Shown here: one piece after another, positions 1 through 12,113 of the stretch | Numbering within the stretch: the first letter of the stretch is position 1 | Layout of the letters: each line of letters begins with the position of its first letter | Assembly (NCBI GenBank): GCA_907165135.1 | Contig: OU015567.1 | Span: forward strand, 3,658,001 to 3,722,000 | Source: Oikopleura dioica | Taxonomy: Eukaryota; Animalia; Chordata | DNA: 64,000 nucleotides | Direction: 5' to 3' | Notes under the pieces: model-generated | Told to the model about the DNA's origin: nothing | The model's database searches: none | What the model saw: the letters and a program-made list of their open reading frames with translations, nothing else | Translations under genes and position numbers: made by a program

Positions 1-691
1 ATCGTCATAACACCGCTGCTCGATTTCAGTATACTCAGAGGCGACATTGATTTTAGTTCTAAGCTTTATCATTGATTTATCATCCTGATCATCAACATAA
101 TTTTGAATTTTAGGAAAAACAGTCGATTTAGTAAAGAGCGCTGGATCAAATGCTTGAACTCTGACTGCAACATCAGAACCTTCAATCTTTTCGGCAACCA
201 CTATTGCTTCTCCTCCTGTTGAAATTTTTCTTTCTTCTGTAAAATCATCAAGATTCCAATTTCCTTCTTCAGGCTGCAACTCGGATCGCTTGATTATTTT
301 ATCCCAAAGATCGGTATCTTTTTCGAGAATTTTTCTTTGAAATAAAGTTCTTTTCACTTCAACGCCATGGAAGCCGTATTTTTTCAATTCGTTGACGCCT
401 TTTTCTCTTGTATAGCACTGTTTTCTATATTTTTCACTCTCCCTCTTTTCCCACAACCATCCTTCAGTATCATTTTTTCCGGTATCAAAATATCTCCATT
501 GAGCATCAACAGGACTTTCGAAATCAACTCTCTCAACAGATAAAATTAATCTGTCCTTATCGTTTCTTGTGGTTTCTCGTTTAAGTTTCGGAATAAATGT
601 CTCAAGCCATATTTTAACGCTATCTCGTGACAACGAGGTAGGACTCATTGAAGAAAAGAACAAAAATGATAGACGATTTTTAAAAAGCGCA
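1..691 (-). CDS. Protein-kinase-like gene, large exon running off the left edge (ATG at 648; probable upstream exon ~727-822)
   Basis: Manual translation 648->1 is stop-free for 216 codons: MSPTSLSRDSV...LDDFTEERKISTGGEAIVVAEKIEGSDVAVRVQAFDP. This gives a Gly-loop-like STGGEAIV and a VAVK-like VAVR. The ORF track misses it because the stop lies outside the window. Confidence 0.65.
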
Positions 692-1389
692 CTTCAAAAT
701 GGTATTTGTTCCTCGTAATTATTAACCTGAAGCATATTTGGAAACCATGATGATCAAATAGACCTTTCTTATTCTTCTTTGATGACCCTTTCCTTTCAGG
801 ACCTTTCTTGGGTGTAGTCCTTAGTTAAAATTTTTGAAACAACCTTCTGATTTTAGGCGCGTTCGAAATGGAAATAACGGTCGGCAAAAATTTTTTTTTG
901 TAAATATGATGTTGATAATATGATATTATTTATTTCTTATTCGCATGAAATATTTTGGCTCAGCTGTTATTGTTGTCAGTGTTTTGCTCCATTCTTGGGC
1001 TAAACCTGTTGCTTATCTGATAACACCGCCGACGTGGAGCTTTTTTCTACAGGTTGAAGCACTTTCTTAAACAATAAGAAAATAAACTTTCTCCTGCTTG
1101 TTTCGAACAACTGTTGGCTGACTTCTACTGTAAAAGTTACACAGATATAAATAGGGTCTATTTAGGTTTTTCCGCGTAGACCCTAGATATAAATGAGAAT
1201 AAACTTAAAAAATAAAATAAAAAAGGAAGATCGACAAAAAAGACCACTTTGAAATAAATTGAACTATTTATTCCACGAAAGAAGTCACACCGTTGTTAAA
1301 ATTGGATCAAGCCTCGTAGAGGTATTCGTGTTCAACATGAAAGTTGTGTCAGCGCCCAGTGAATCCACATTGTTCGTTCTTAAAATAAA

Positions 1390-1880
1390 AGGATCGTAAA
1401 AACTCCTTCCCGGACTCTTTCGGAAAGGGCAGCGTTTATTTTCTTAATTTTAAAGGAAAAAGGGGTGCTAGGGCGTAATGAAATCGCCTTGCCGACGTGT
1501 TCGTGAAAATATTGAAAAAGCGGAAATTAAAAAATTTTCGACTTCGTGCAAAAAATGCAACGCGCCTGTTTGACCCTGAATAAATATTGATAAACCGTCT
1601 CATAAGAGCTCAAAATGCTGAATTTCCTTTTTTTCCTGAAAATAAGGGAAAAACATGAATTCTTGCTTTACCGCAAAAATACGTACCCAAAAATGCCTCT
1701 AAATTGAAAATTCTGATAAGGGAAGAAATATAAGCTGATAAAATATTTTCTCTCGAGCGAGGGAAAAACAGTCGGATAAAGCTCTAGAATTTGACGTGTT
1801 CTTTCCGGGTACACGTGATTGCCAAAAAAAGGATGACCTCTTTCAGCTGTGGGGATGATCAAACTTTCGTTCTGTTTCAC
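1390..1880 (-). pseudogene. Cytochrome P450 N-terminal fragment (several short exons)
   Basis: Exonic pieces read RGHPFFGN...FPSLERKY / GIFG / GKKRKFSILSSYETVYQYLF / EHVGKAISLRPS. This follows the CYP N-terminal order PxxGN...KYG-F...VVLxxYExVxEAL...FxxRP. No downstream CYP motifs were found. Confidence 0.5.
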
Positions 1881-2050
1881 GAAAAAAGAGCTTGGTTGAA
1901 AAACTGAAAGTCAGCACAATTTTTGCTTTTCTGTGAGGAGAAAAATTATCTTTCGGAAAAGATAGCTCAGGGGTTACCGCTTCAAGGGCAGTAATGGCCA
2001 AGCCAACGACATCCTTTTTTTATCTTTTGAGGATGATGATGAATGAGCTA

Positions 2051-2457
2051 CAGTCGTTTTCCATCTTTAGAGCGTTTTTCGGATGACAAGGGTTGACCAA
2101 AACGCTCTTAAGTTGGAAAATTTACGATCAAGCAACGATGACAGTGGGAAAAAATGATGCTGAAAATGCATAAAATGAGCTCTTTCCAAAACTCTAACAA
2201 TGCATCCGAAGTCATTTTTACCTATTTATGATAAAATATTTTCGATCTTTGAATCAGAGTCACTAATTTCAACTAAGAAAAAGCGTATGAACCAGCTTTT
2301 TTAAAGATTTTTTCAGGTTGAAATAGACGTTATTCTGATTTGATGATTTAAAATACCCAAAAACGCTCTAAAGTTGGAATTTTTGCAGATGACAAAATAT
2401 GGAAAATATTGGCAAAAACGCTCTTAAGTTGGGCGCTCTTAAGATGGAAAACCACGG
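2051..2457. mobile_element. Tc1/mariner-type MITE, copy 1
   Basis: TA at both flanks (2049-50, 2458-59). Imperfect TIR CAGTCGTTTTCCATCTT / AAGATGGAAAACCACGG. A near-identical copy lies at 4076-4478. Confidence 0.85.
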
Positions 2458-3624
2458 TACGTTTTTTCTGTCAACGATATTGACTCTTGAAAAAGACTCA
2501 GCTCTTGCTTTACCCCTTATCGTCATTTCTGAAGTAATACTTTTAATGAGATGGTGATATAAAATAATTTTAATAATTACAGCAATTATCATAATTTCCT
2601 TATGAAAGCATAACTTCTCCTCTGTATATATTTTCAGTGATAATCGCCAAGGAAACACGTGATCGGACACGTATTGAGGCGAACATCATCTTTTCGCGTC
2701 ATTAGGCCACTTTAGCTGTCATTTCTTCAGATTTTGGTGAGCCACTTCGATAAACAAACTTTTCAAACTCAAATCGAGTCGATTTTTCGGACGTGGTGTA
2801 TACATTTTTCTCCGCAAAGATCAATTCGTTTCGCGATCTTTCTTTTTCTGAAAGTCAAAAAGTCGGCTTATCTTAAAGAACGAGCATGTCCGGTAGCATG
2901 AGCCGTGTGCAATACCAGGCTAAGGATCGCTACTGCTCCACATTTTTGCGGGCAGAGGATTCTTTGAAGCCCCGAGTTTATGTAATTTTCTTCACAAGGA
3001 GAAAATCCGTGAACCTTGAAAAAGCTCGAATGATAAAATGAAGTCTTTCTTTCCAACGTGTCTGGTGCTATTACAGTAATCGGAAAAGTATACATACTTA
3101 GCTATAAAGATAAGATATGCTTGTCAAAACTCACTGGCGATTACGGCCAAGCCCGCTGTGCGAATTAATTTCGCTTTGATCTTTTGACAGTCAAGTCAAA
3201 AAATAATCATAGGCAGTGACCGCGGAATCGCAATAACGGAACCAGCACGTGACTGATTTTTATTCATTCAGACACGTTCGTAGGAAGAAGACATGCTGCT
3301 TCTTCAGGAAATGTGCTGTTAGAGGTCGAGGACAAGTTTAGACAGCGAATATTTCCGCTTTCAAGGGGCAATATGATGGAAAGAAAAGAAGGGTCGCCTA
3401 AGTCAGTTCAGGGCTGAACGCCGTTTGAATAAATTCGCAGATTACCACGTTCGAAGTGGCGCGATCGGGGAAAGTGCGACTAAGTCCAGGCATCTGGAGA
3501 ATTAACGGCGGATGATGCTGGAGCACAAATCGCATCAATGACGCACTCTGTCTGGATCCAGCACGGGTTTGTCAAGTTCGATCCAATTCTCTTTTTCTAG
3601 AGTTCGAATCCCTGTCGAAGTTCT

Positions 3625-3708
3625 GCTCAAAAACCTGTGTAGAAACCTGAGTAGGGGCCTGACACAGGTGGAGGACCCTGACTCAGGTTTCTTCACAGGT
3701 TTCCGAGC
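3625..3708. mobile_element. Minimal MITE of the AACCTGTG..AAACCTGAGTCAGG TIR family
   Basis: Inverted ends aaacctgtgtagaaacctgagtagggg / ccctgactcaggtttcttcacaggttt. The same ends recur at 18853, ~38660-38690 and 40144-40288. Confidence 0.6.
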
Positions 3709-4075
3709 CTAAAAAGACATCTTTTGAAAGCTTCGTTATTTTTGAATACAGAATGAATGTTGCGATTGTCAGCTTTAAAATGGTTTCCCCACGCGAGTTC
3801 GGAATCTGGCGTCTAAATAGTTTACCGGGGCATAAACCATTATCTCGAGGAACGGCGGGGGCTCACTAAATTGCCTTTGCCTACCTTGCTCAGTTTGTAA
3901 GTGACTGTTGTTATACATTTTCCATAAATATTTGACATTCACTCGGGCCGGAAAAAGCGATTTGCCAACACGAGCACTTCTAAAATAAAAGACAAGAATT
4001 TCTTTTCTACGAATGTAGACTTTTCTTAAGGCGAAATTCGAGATTTAAGTCGATCACGTGATAAACGACCGATTA

Positions 4076-4478
4076 CAGTCGTTTTCCATCTTTAGAGCGT
4101 TTTTCGGATGACAAGGGTTGACCAAAACGCTCTTAAGTTGGAAAATTTACGATCAAGCAACGATGACAGTGGGAAAAATGATGCTGAAAATGCATAAAAT
4201 GAGCTCTTTCCAAAACTCTAACAATGCATCCGAAGTCATTTTTACCTATTTATGATAAAATATTTTCGATCTTTGAATCAGAGTCACTAATTTCAACTAA
4301 GAAAAAGCGTATGAACCAGCTTTTTAAAGATTTTCAGGTTGAAATAGACGTTATTCTGATTTGATGATTTAAAATACCCAAAAACGCTCTAAAGTTGGAA
4401 TTTTTGCAGATGACAAAATATGGAAAATATTGGCAAAAACGCTCTTAAGTTGGGCGCTCTTAAGATGGAAAACCACGG
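4076..4478. mobile_element. Tc1/mariner-type MITE, copy 2
   Basis: Direct repeat of 2051-2457 with different flanks, TA at 4074-75 and 4479-80, same TIRs. Confidence 0.85.
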
Positions 4479-7400
4479 TATTTAATTCGATCGATCAGCC
4501 GCTACGAAGAGCCTCGGAAGCGACGGAAATGTTCTATTACGTTATTATGATTACATTACTTCAGAACATCAAGGTCAGAAAAGGAGACAAACTCGATCGG
4601 GTAATATTATTCGGGTTAGAGACCTTGCGGTTTCCAACTCACCGCCATCCGGCTCAAAGTTACGTGCTTCTCGGCCACGTATACTTGAAGACCAAATTGA
4701 AATTGAAGACAGGTACTACCGGTTCTATCTCTTTCCGGTTGTTGAAGAACTCAAGTTTATGAATTTCTCCGAAAACTTAAGCCCAAATAAGCGACATCAA
4801 GCGAGCATTTTTTCTTCCTTTCATTCCTGGAGGACCCTCCTACTGGAAGAATTAATTCTTGAAAGAAGAATAATGATGAATAGAGAAGATTACGCTGATT
4901 TCTTGAGAAGATCGAAAACGCTTCGAACAAGGGATTTTTTTTCGAAACATGGTTAAGCAAGTGTTGTGAGCAGAAAATTAGCGATTTTCGCAAACGTCGT
5001 GGAAGGCTAGAAAATGAACATCCTTAAACATTCGCCTACATCCTGCCCACGAAAGTCAATCTTTTTTATGCCTAATTAAAGTCACATTCTTCTTTGCCAT
5101 TTTTTTTTTCTCTGAAGAAATACAGTGGCATTTGGGCTATTTTATCTGTTTTCCTAAAAAACCACGATACCAATTTTATCGAAAAATTTAAAATAAAGTG
5201 TGTATAAAACGTATGTCCCAAAATTTTTATCAACCCGATTAGACGTTGATAAAAACCAGCTAAGGGTTTACTATCTTCTTGTTTATACACACCTTAGGTG
5301 TTTAGTATCGACATTTTAAAGCGTGTTCTTTTTGAGCTTCTGGGAGATAATGGAGGGTTCCAAAATAAAAATCCTTGCCTCTTGGGACCAAAAAAGGCCC
5401 TTGAGAAACGTTCTCCCAAAAAGTTCCAAAATGGAAATTCTAGATTTCGTAATGAAAAGCCGCGCTTTGATATAACGAGCGAGTTGATCCGAACTTTGCG
5501 ACCGCGAATCTCTAAATCGACTTTTGATGATCAGCGACCTTGAAGAACAGGGCGCGCGATGCCACCGAGATCGACCAAAATTTAATCGAGGCTGGAGTAC
5601 AACACGATTTAGACGGCCAAAAGTTGATTTGGACACGCAGGAAGAAAATTGGATTCACGATTCTCTTTGCGCAATCTGAAAAATGTATAAAATAGAAAAA
5701 AAACTACCGAGTTACATTTCTTCCAGCAGAGGGGGTCCTCCAGGGCACTTTTGAAAACGAAATCCGCTCTCTTGGTGTCGCTTATTCGGGCTTTTGTTTT
5801 CAGGCCAATCATCAAAAATCACCGGTAGTGAACTCTTTAAATTACCCTTCTGAAAGAACACTACTGTATTTCAGGCGACTATCAGTGATAGTCTATCACT
5901 TCTAAGTCACGTGATTGTGCCTCACGTTGTTGCTCTCAGAGGAAACTAGACTTGTCGGAAGCACAGCGAACTTCCCCTCCTCGTTAAGTGTCTTCCTCAT
6001 TAGCGAAAAGAGAGCATATTCTTACTGTATCTCTCGATCCCGTTTGAGCCGTTTTTTTAGAAACTTGCTTTATTCGCAATCTGAATTAAGTTTGACGCTG
6101 ATGACCCGCTTTTTCGGTTTCTTTCTTGCATTTTTTTGAATTAATCATTTTCAATGGAACGAAAGCAAAAAATGCTAAAAGAAATTTTTTCAAAAAAAAA
6201 AGATAAATTTTATTCCCCAAGCCGAGATTCAACGGTAACAGCGGTTAGAAGTCGATATCCTTAATCATTCGAGTGTCCTTAATTAGCCAAACTGCGCCTG
6301 TGTAACTCAAACCGGGCCAAGGTCATTATTCCGATAAGAACACCCGGACGTGAAATCAGAATCGCTGTTTTTTCGCCGAAGCAAAATCGCCAAAGCAAGA
6401 ATTTCACGATCCCTGTTTTCTCAAAAAACCCACTTTGAACTCAGGCTCACGAAGCGGCTTGTTCAAAATTTACGATATTCTAATTTTCCAATGCAAGAAT
6501 TTAAAATTGAAACTCATCTTCGGAGAAATAAAAGTTCATTTTTTAAATTCTAAATTTTTTGAGATATATTTTTGGAAACGTCTCTCGCTAAGATGGTCAA
6601 AAAGATTAACATGCTTTTGACGCTTTGAGCACATTCCAAAGGTTGTCCGTTAATGTTAATTGCTGACGAAAGTTCTGCATTGATTAAGTCGTAGTTCGAA
6701 ACTATGTTGACGAAGAATTCGAGCGATTAAGCGACGAATTCAACGATTTTGTTTTACGGAAGGTTGTTATGTTGAGCCACGTTTTATCCGTAGTGCCATT
6801 TTTTACGAACTAAAGAACCCCGATTCTTGTAATCGAAAAAAAACCACAGTAAGTGTACTTTCCTCGTCTCCTTGTTTTTTATCGTGTTCACGCTTATCAT
6901 TAATATGTTCGCTTGTATACGGCTTCGTGAAGCACTTTTTTCGCCCGTCCTTCAATTTTGTATAGTCGTGGTTTCGCGATAAGCGGCCTCTGATTTTGGA
7001 GCCACTAGAATACGTCGTTACTTTGTTTGGACAGATTTCAGCGCAGAAATTTGGAAAAACGCACTGGCCACCATCCAGATACCGACCACGTCAAAATAAC
7101 AAAGCTGCAACCCAGGAAAGCACTTTTCAATTTTCAGTTCTTCTTTTTTTCTCGAAATTCTGGATCATCAAATTTTTCGTTCAAATTCTGCTTTGCTCTT
7201 AGTTCTAACTTAAACTCCGCACCCCAATTTGGTCATGGTTATTTTTTGTAGTTAGCTTCCTCCGTCTGATAAAAAGTTGCAATTCTATGTTGAAATTTAC
7301 GGTTTCAAGCGAAAGTCGTTCCTGAATATGTCATCACTTTTGACACTTAAAACTTTTGCGCCCGTAAACATCAATATGAACCACTGAGGGTTAGGTTACT

Positions 7401-7907
7401 CGCCGGCTTAATTGAACATAACAAGTTCGGAGGAAAATTAAAGTGAGGAATCTAAAACGTCTAAATTTCCAGCGTTTTTTTATTATAAAAATCATTTGGT
7501 TTTTAGAATGATTTTTGTCAAAATTCTGGCTTGTCCGCAGTTTTTATAATACAAAAACATTTATAGAGATCCTTATGTAAGCTCGTCGAAAATTCCAAGT
7601 TCAAATTCCTCCGCTCAATCAACCACCCTTGACGTAAACTTACAAGCAGCTGAGCCACAAAAAGTCGCCCTCAGTAGAAGCCCAAATAAACGCTGTTCCG
7701 GTAACCACCCGCGGGTTCACATATTTCGCTTCTGAACTTGAGCACTTTTCGGTCCATTCCGAATTCCATCGCTCGACCGCAGCGAAATCAGGAATTCTGC
7801 GCAATATGTTTTTTGTTCAATAAAAATATTATTTTTTTACATTAGTTTTTGGCAAAAATTCTTGCTAGAAATTGCAATTAAAACTTTTTTATTGTCAGAA
7901 AGAATAC

Positions 7908-8686
7908 TTAGGAAATGACTGGTCGAAGTCGAATTGTTTGTTCAGGATCAGAGGCACTGGACTGAAGAGGGCGGGCATTTGGAAGGGGAGCGCTAGAAAT
8001 GATTTGCACACATTAGTCTCATTTTTAGTGAACCTGATGATCAGCATTCCATCGTAAGTGAGAGTAGATTCAACAAGCTGAGGATCGAGGCCTTCGGGAA
8101 GATGATATTTTCTGTTGAATTCTCGGCTGAAAGAAAATTCAGAAATACTCTTCCTTGATATCATCGGTTTTCTCTTACACAATATTGCTGTCGTTCTCAG
8201 ACGATTGAACAGTCTTAGCCCGAACTTCAACTGCGGCTCCGATCGTTCGAATTGAAATGTCTTCTGGATGGAAATTCTAAAAAATTCGAAAAGGTAGATT
8301 TTTAAGCTCATACTCGGCAATCCATGGTCACGACCCAACGAGAACCATCAGCAGAAATTCGCGATTGGGTTTTCTCAGGAGCAAAGTCGCCAAGAGAAAG
8401 ATTCGGAACAGGTGCAGCGGAAGGAGTTGAGCCCCAGTCTCGAAAAGGATCCCAAATGTTGTTACAGTGCTTCCGGCGATGGAATTTTAAAGGGATTAAA
8501 AATGGAAATTTTTGATTAAAAAATATAGGAAGAACTATTTTCATCCCGAAATCTCCCGTATTTTGAATTATGAAATCTCTCAAAAGTGCTTTTCCAATTA
8601 TCTTCGCTTAAATTTTCCATCGACTTTTTCTTTTTTTTTCCTTTTTCACATTTTTGAGGGTCCTTTCCTGATAGTTTTCGCGACAT
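7908..8686 (-). CDS. Small heat shock protein (alpha-crystallin/HSP20 domain), ~5 exons
   Basis: Spliced reading WDPFRDW...SRWVVTMDCR|NFHPEDISIRTIGAAVEVRAK...|REFNRKYHLPEGLDPQLVESTLTYDGMLII|APLP matches the alpha-crystallin domain. Short GT-AG introns. Confidence 0.85.
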
Positions 8687-9901
8687 CTTTCTTTATCAGA
8701 GTCTCTGTGGTTTGATCAGTCCCTCTTTCTGATTGAGTCTTTTGGGACTGAGTCAGCTTGAGTAGATTAACGTGGTATGAAAACGCGAGAGTTACAATCA
8801 GAAGACCCAGAGCGCTCAACACCTACTTAAATTAAACGCGCACGGCGGCCAATCAATCTGATAACGTTTTCTCGCTGCTGTGGATTTCGAAAACGAAATC
8901 ATGGAGGAGAATCTTCGGTCAAAATGCGTTGAGTAAAATTTTCTCTCGTTCATGACTGTAAAATGACTTAAAAACAAGCCAATTTGAAGCAAACTCGTTT
9001 TTCTTGAGTCCAATCGATTATCGTTACATTCAGAGTTGGTAGAATCGCACACTAGGCCCAACGAATCGGATCCGATGCTCCAGTCTACCTCATTTTGAAA
9101 AAAACAGATCAAGTAACTCTTGGTAATTCCCGAAATTCTTTCAGAATTATTTCGTTCACGCAATTGGTTTTCTTTACCCGAAGTATTCGTCAAAAAGATG
9201 ATCCAAAGCCTCATCATTTGCTGAAAAAATTACAAATATTACAATAATCGCAGTTATTCTCGAAAAATAATTATTTTTCTTTTTTATTACCTGTAGAAGA
9301 TTTCACTCTTGCAAGCCTCTTAAATTTGTTTGTCAGCTGATTGTTTTCTTCAAATCGTTTTGGTCGGAAGTGAGCCGGAAAGAGTTGGCAAGAAATCGAG
9401 TTGAAAAGCAAGACAGTTCCGATAAAAATTTCATTTTGACTCCTTTTTTCGAGATACTCACTCATTTCACATCTCTTTATACCTTTTTCGAGTGCATGAA
9501 TATTAAAAAATTGATGGAGAGATAATAATGGCGCTAATTAGCCATTAAAATGCGGGAAATCGCTTTCTTGAGTGATATTTTCCGTTCTGCATTGACCGCA
9601 GTTTAATCTGCTAATCTGCTGCGAAAAATGCTTCTAACATAGGTCATCCCCTTGTTACCAGGATAAACGTTGGCGAAAATCTGAATTTAGCAGGATAAAC
9701 CCCAGGCAAACTTGCCCCCATGTTAGCAGGATAAACTTTGGCAAAAGGGCTCATTGTTAGCAGGGTAAACTTTGGCACTCAATTAACAGGGTAGCGTGAA
9801 TCATCAGCGCTCGCCCAGGGCGTGACGTAACAGTTAGCCCGAGGAGGACTCAACCTGCTGGAAGAAAATGCCAATGAAAAATATATTCATAAAATCTGCT
9901 T

Positions 9902-10539
9902 GATGATTTCAAAAACTTTTGTGGGGCCGGAAATCGTAAAAACTGCAAGTGCAGTTTTCTTCAGCTCCTCGAGACGAGTTGAATGATGGGTCTAACTCTT
10001 GATAACTCTAAGGATTTACCGGTTTACCGGCTAGTTACCGGAAAATACGTTGTCACCGGCCGTTTTTGTTCTAGAAGTGGTAAACAGATGATCGACCCAG
10101 AAAATTGTTCCTTATAGTCAGTTCTACTGCAGCCTAAAAGATGAAAGTCGTATCATTATTCCGAAGAGAGTTATCACTAAAATACTATTTTTGGCGGAAA
10201 TGGGACTAGAAATCAGGAACGTGCAGCGACAACGAAATTTATGCAAAATTTACTGTTTTTAATGATAACTCTCTTCGGAATAATGATACGACTTTCATCT
10301 TTTAGGCTGCAGTAGAACTGACTATAAGGAACAATTTCCTGGGTCGATCATCTGTTTACCACTTCTAGAACAAAAACGGCCGGTGACAACGTATTTTCCG
10401 GTAACCAGCCGGTAAACCGGTAAATCCTTAGAGTTATCAAGAGTTAAACCCATCATTCAACTCGTCTCGAGAAGCTGAAGAAAACTGCACTTGCAGTTTT
10501 TACGATTTCCAGCCCCACAAAAAGTTTTTTGAAATCATC
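9902..10539. repeat. Foldback/palindromic element (arms ~275 bp, loop ~70 bp)
   Basis: 9902-~10180 is the near-perfect reverse complement of ~10258-10539. CTT flanks both sides (possible 3-bp TSD). Confidence 0.85.
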
Positions 10540-10672
10540 CTTGAAAATTTCAATATATATTTATAAATTCAGTATTTAATACAAGTTAACGATTTTATCA
10601 TTATTAATTTTAATTTTGATATTTATTCATATTTTTAAATTATTTATTTTTAGGGCTTAGGAGGGTAGGCAC

Positions 10673-10884
10673 CAGAGTTGCAAATTTGGCTTTATTTTCG
10701 CTGAGCTGAGTGAGCTGAGTTGAGCTATTTTTACTGTATTTTAGTAGTAAAATTGTGTTGAAATCATTGAGCTGAGCTGAATGATTATCGACGATAATTT
10801 ATCGTCTGAGCTGAGGAGATCAGTTCACTTTTGAAAATCACTGAGCAGTCTCAGCTCACTTAACTCAGCAAATTTGAAACTCTG
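10673..10884. mobile_element. hAT-type MITE (CTGAG-repeat family)
   Basis: TIR CAGAGTTGCAAATTT / AAATTTGAAACTCTG. Exact 8-bp TSD GTAGGCAC at 10665-72 and 10885-92. Internal (CTGAG)n repeats. Confidence 0.9.
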
Positions 10885-12113
10885 GTAGGCACATTATACA
10901 GTATTACTAATACTGTATTAGAAAGCTCAGAAGCTGAGCTTTATTTTGACTATTGATAACGGGGTGATCTCGTACCTGGCCCTTTTCGGACTCTAACCAT
11001 CTTTCAAGAAGAAAAATCTCCAAAGTTGATCCCGAGTGATCCCAGGTAACCCCAACTTGACCTCAGGTCAGCAATGATGCAGATATTATATCCAATATTA
11101 GATATATAAGATATTAGTCCCTACATTCTATAATGATATGGGCTATACTTCACCGAAGTCGCTTGATCTAATGAATGGCCTCGGAATCCTGTAAACAGGA
11201 ACAGAGACAGGAACAGGGATTTTATTTTTGGCCCATTTTAATTTAAAAAATTATATATTAAAATTAAAATTAATAACATAAAATTGTTCACTTGTATTTC
11301 AAGCAGATTTGCTTCATTGGCATTTTCTTCCAGCAGGTTGAGTCCTCCTCGGGCTAACAGTTACGTCACGCCCTGGGCGAGCGCTGATGATTCACGCAAC
11401 CCTGTTATTTGAGTGCCAAAGTTTACCCTGCTAACAATGAGCCCTTTTGCCAAAGTTTATCCTGCTAACATGGGGGCAAGTTTGCCTGGGGTTTATCCTG
11501 CTAAATTCAGATTTTCGCCAACGTTTATCCTGGTAACAAGGGGATGACCTATGTTAGTGCACGTTAGGAATCGTATCTTATGATGTAATCCTTATGGAAC
11601 GTGGAATTTTCTTATCGCATTTGCCATACTTTTACGTATGAAAGGTGAAGCATGTTATCATGCTCAAGAAGAATTAGAGAATTAGCAATTTTATTAATAT
11701 TATATTAATCAAGTCGCAAAATTGATATCGCCGATTCTTATGATTTTTAATTATATTATAAAAATATAAAAATTGAAATTTTCAAGGGAAAAATTTCTAT
11801 GAAAATAAATTTCCAAAAAATTGAGAGCAAGAAAAATTTATGAAAATTCCATGTTTGTAGGTATTTACGAAAGTGCCGTTGGCTGAAAAGGTTTGTCCCT
11901 TCGCTATTCGCCGCCTGCTGATTCTAGCGTTCTGAATCCGCTTCGGGCACCGTTCTGTGGGTCAATACGAATAGTACCGCGCCTATCACTAAGCCGCTTT
12001 TGAACAATCTAGATCTCTCTAACATATCATTTTCATTTCAATTCCCCCCAAAAAGAGCAAAAAAAAGAAGAAAAAGAGAAACTTGAATTGTTTTTGATTT
12101 GACGTAATCATAA

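Larger units (their letters stand above)
9635..11556. mobile_element. Element with ~244-bp terminal inverted repeats (9635-9878 / 11313-11556), probable TA target duplication
   Basis: The two arms are near-perfect reverse complements. Each carries 4-5 subterminal copies of TTAGCAGGATAAAC-like motifs. No transposase ORF lies inside. Confidence 0.8.

Noticed and set aside
3601-3612. GTTCGAATCC B-box suggesting a tRNA or SINE
   Set aside because: No A-box at a suitable distance and no cloverleaf could be built.
2368-7251. Short ORFs of 60-110 aa in the ORF track
   Set aside because: They overlap MITEs or AT-rich DNA, have no recognisable motifs, and gave no consistent splice model. Small genes cannot be excluded.
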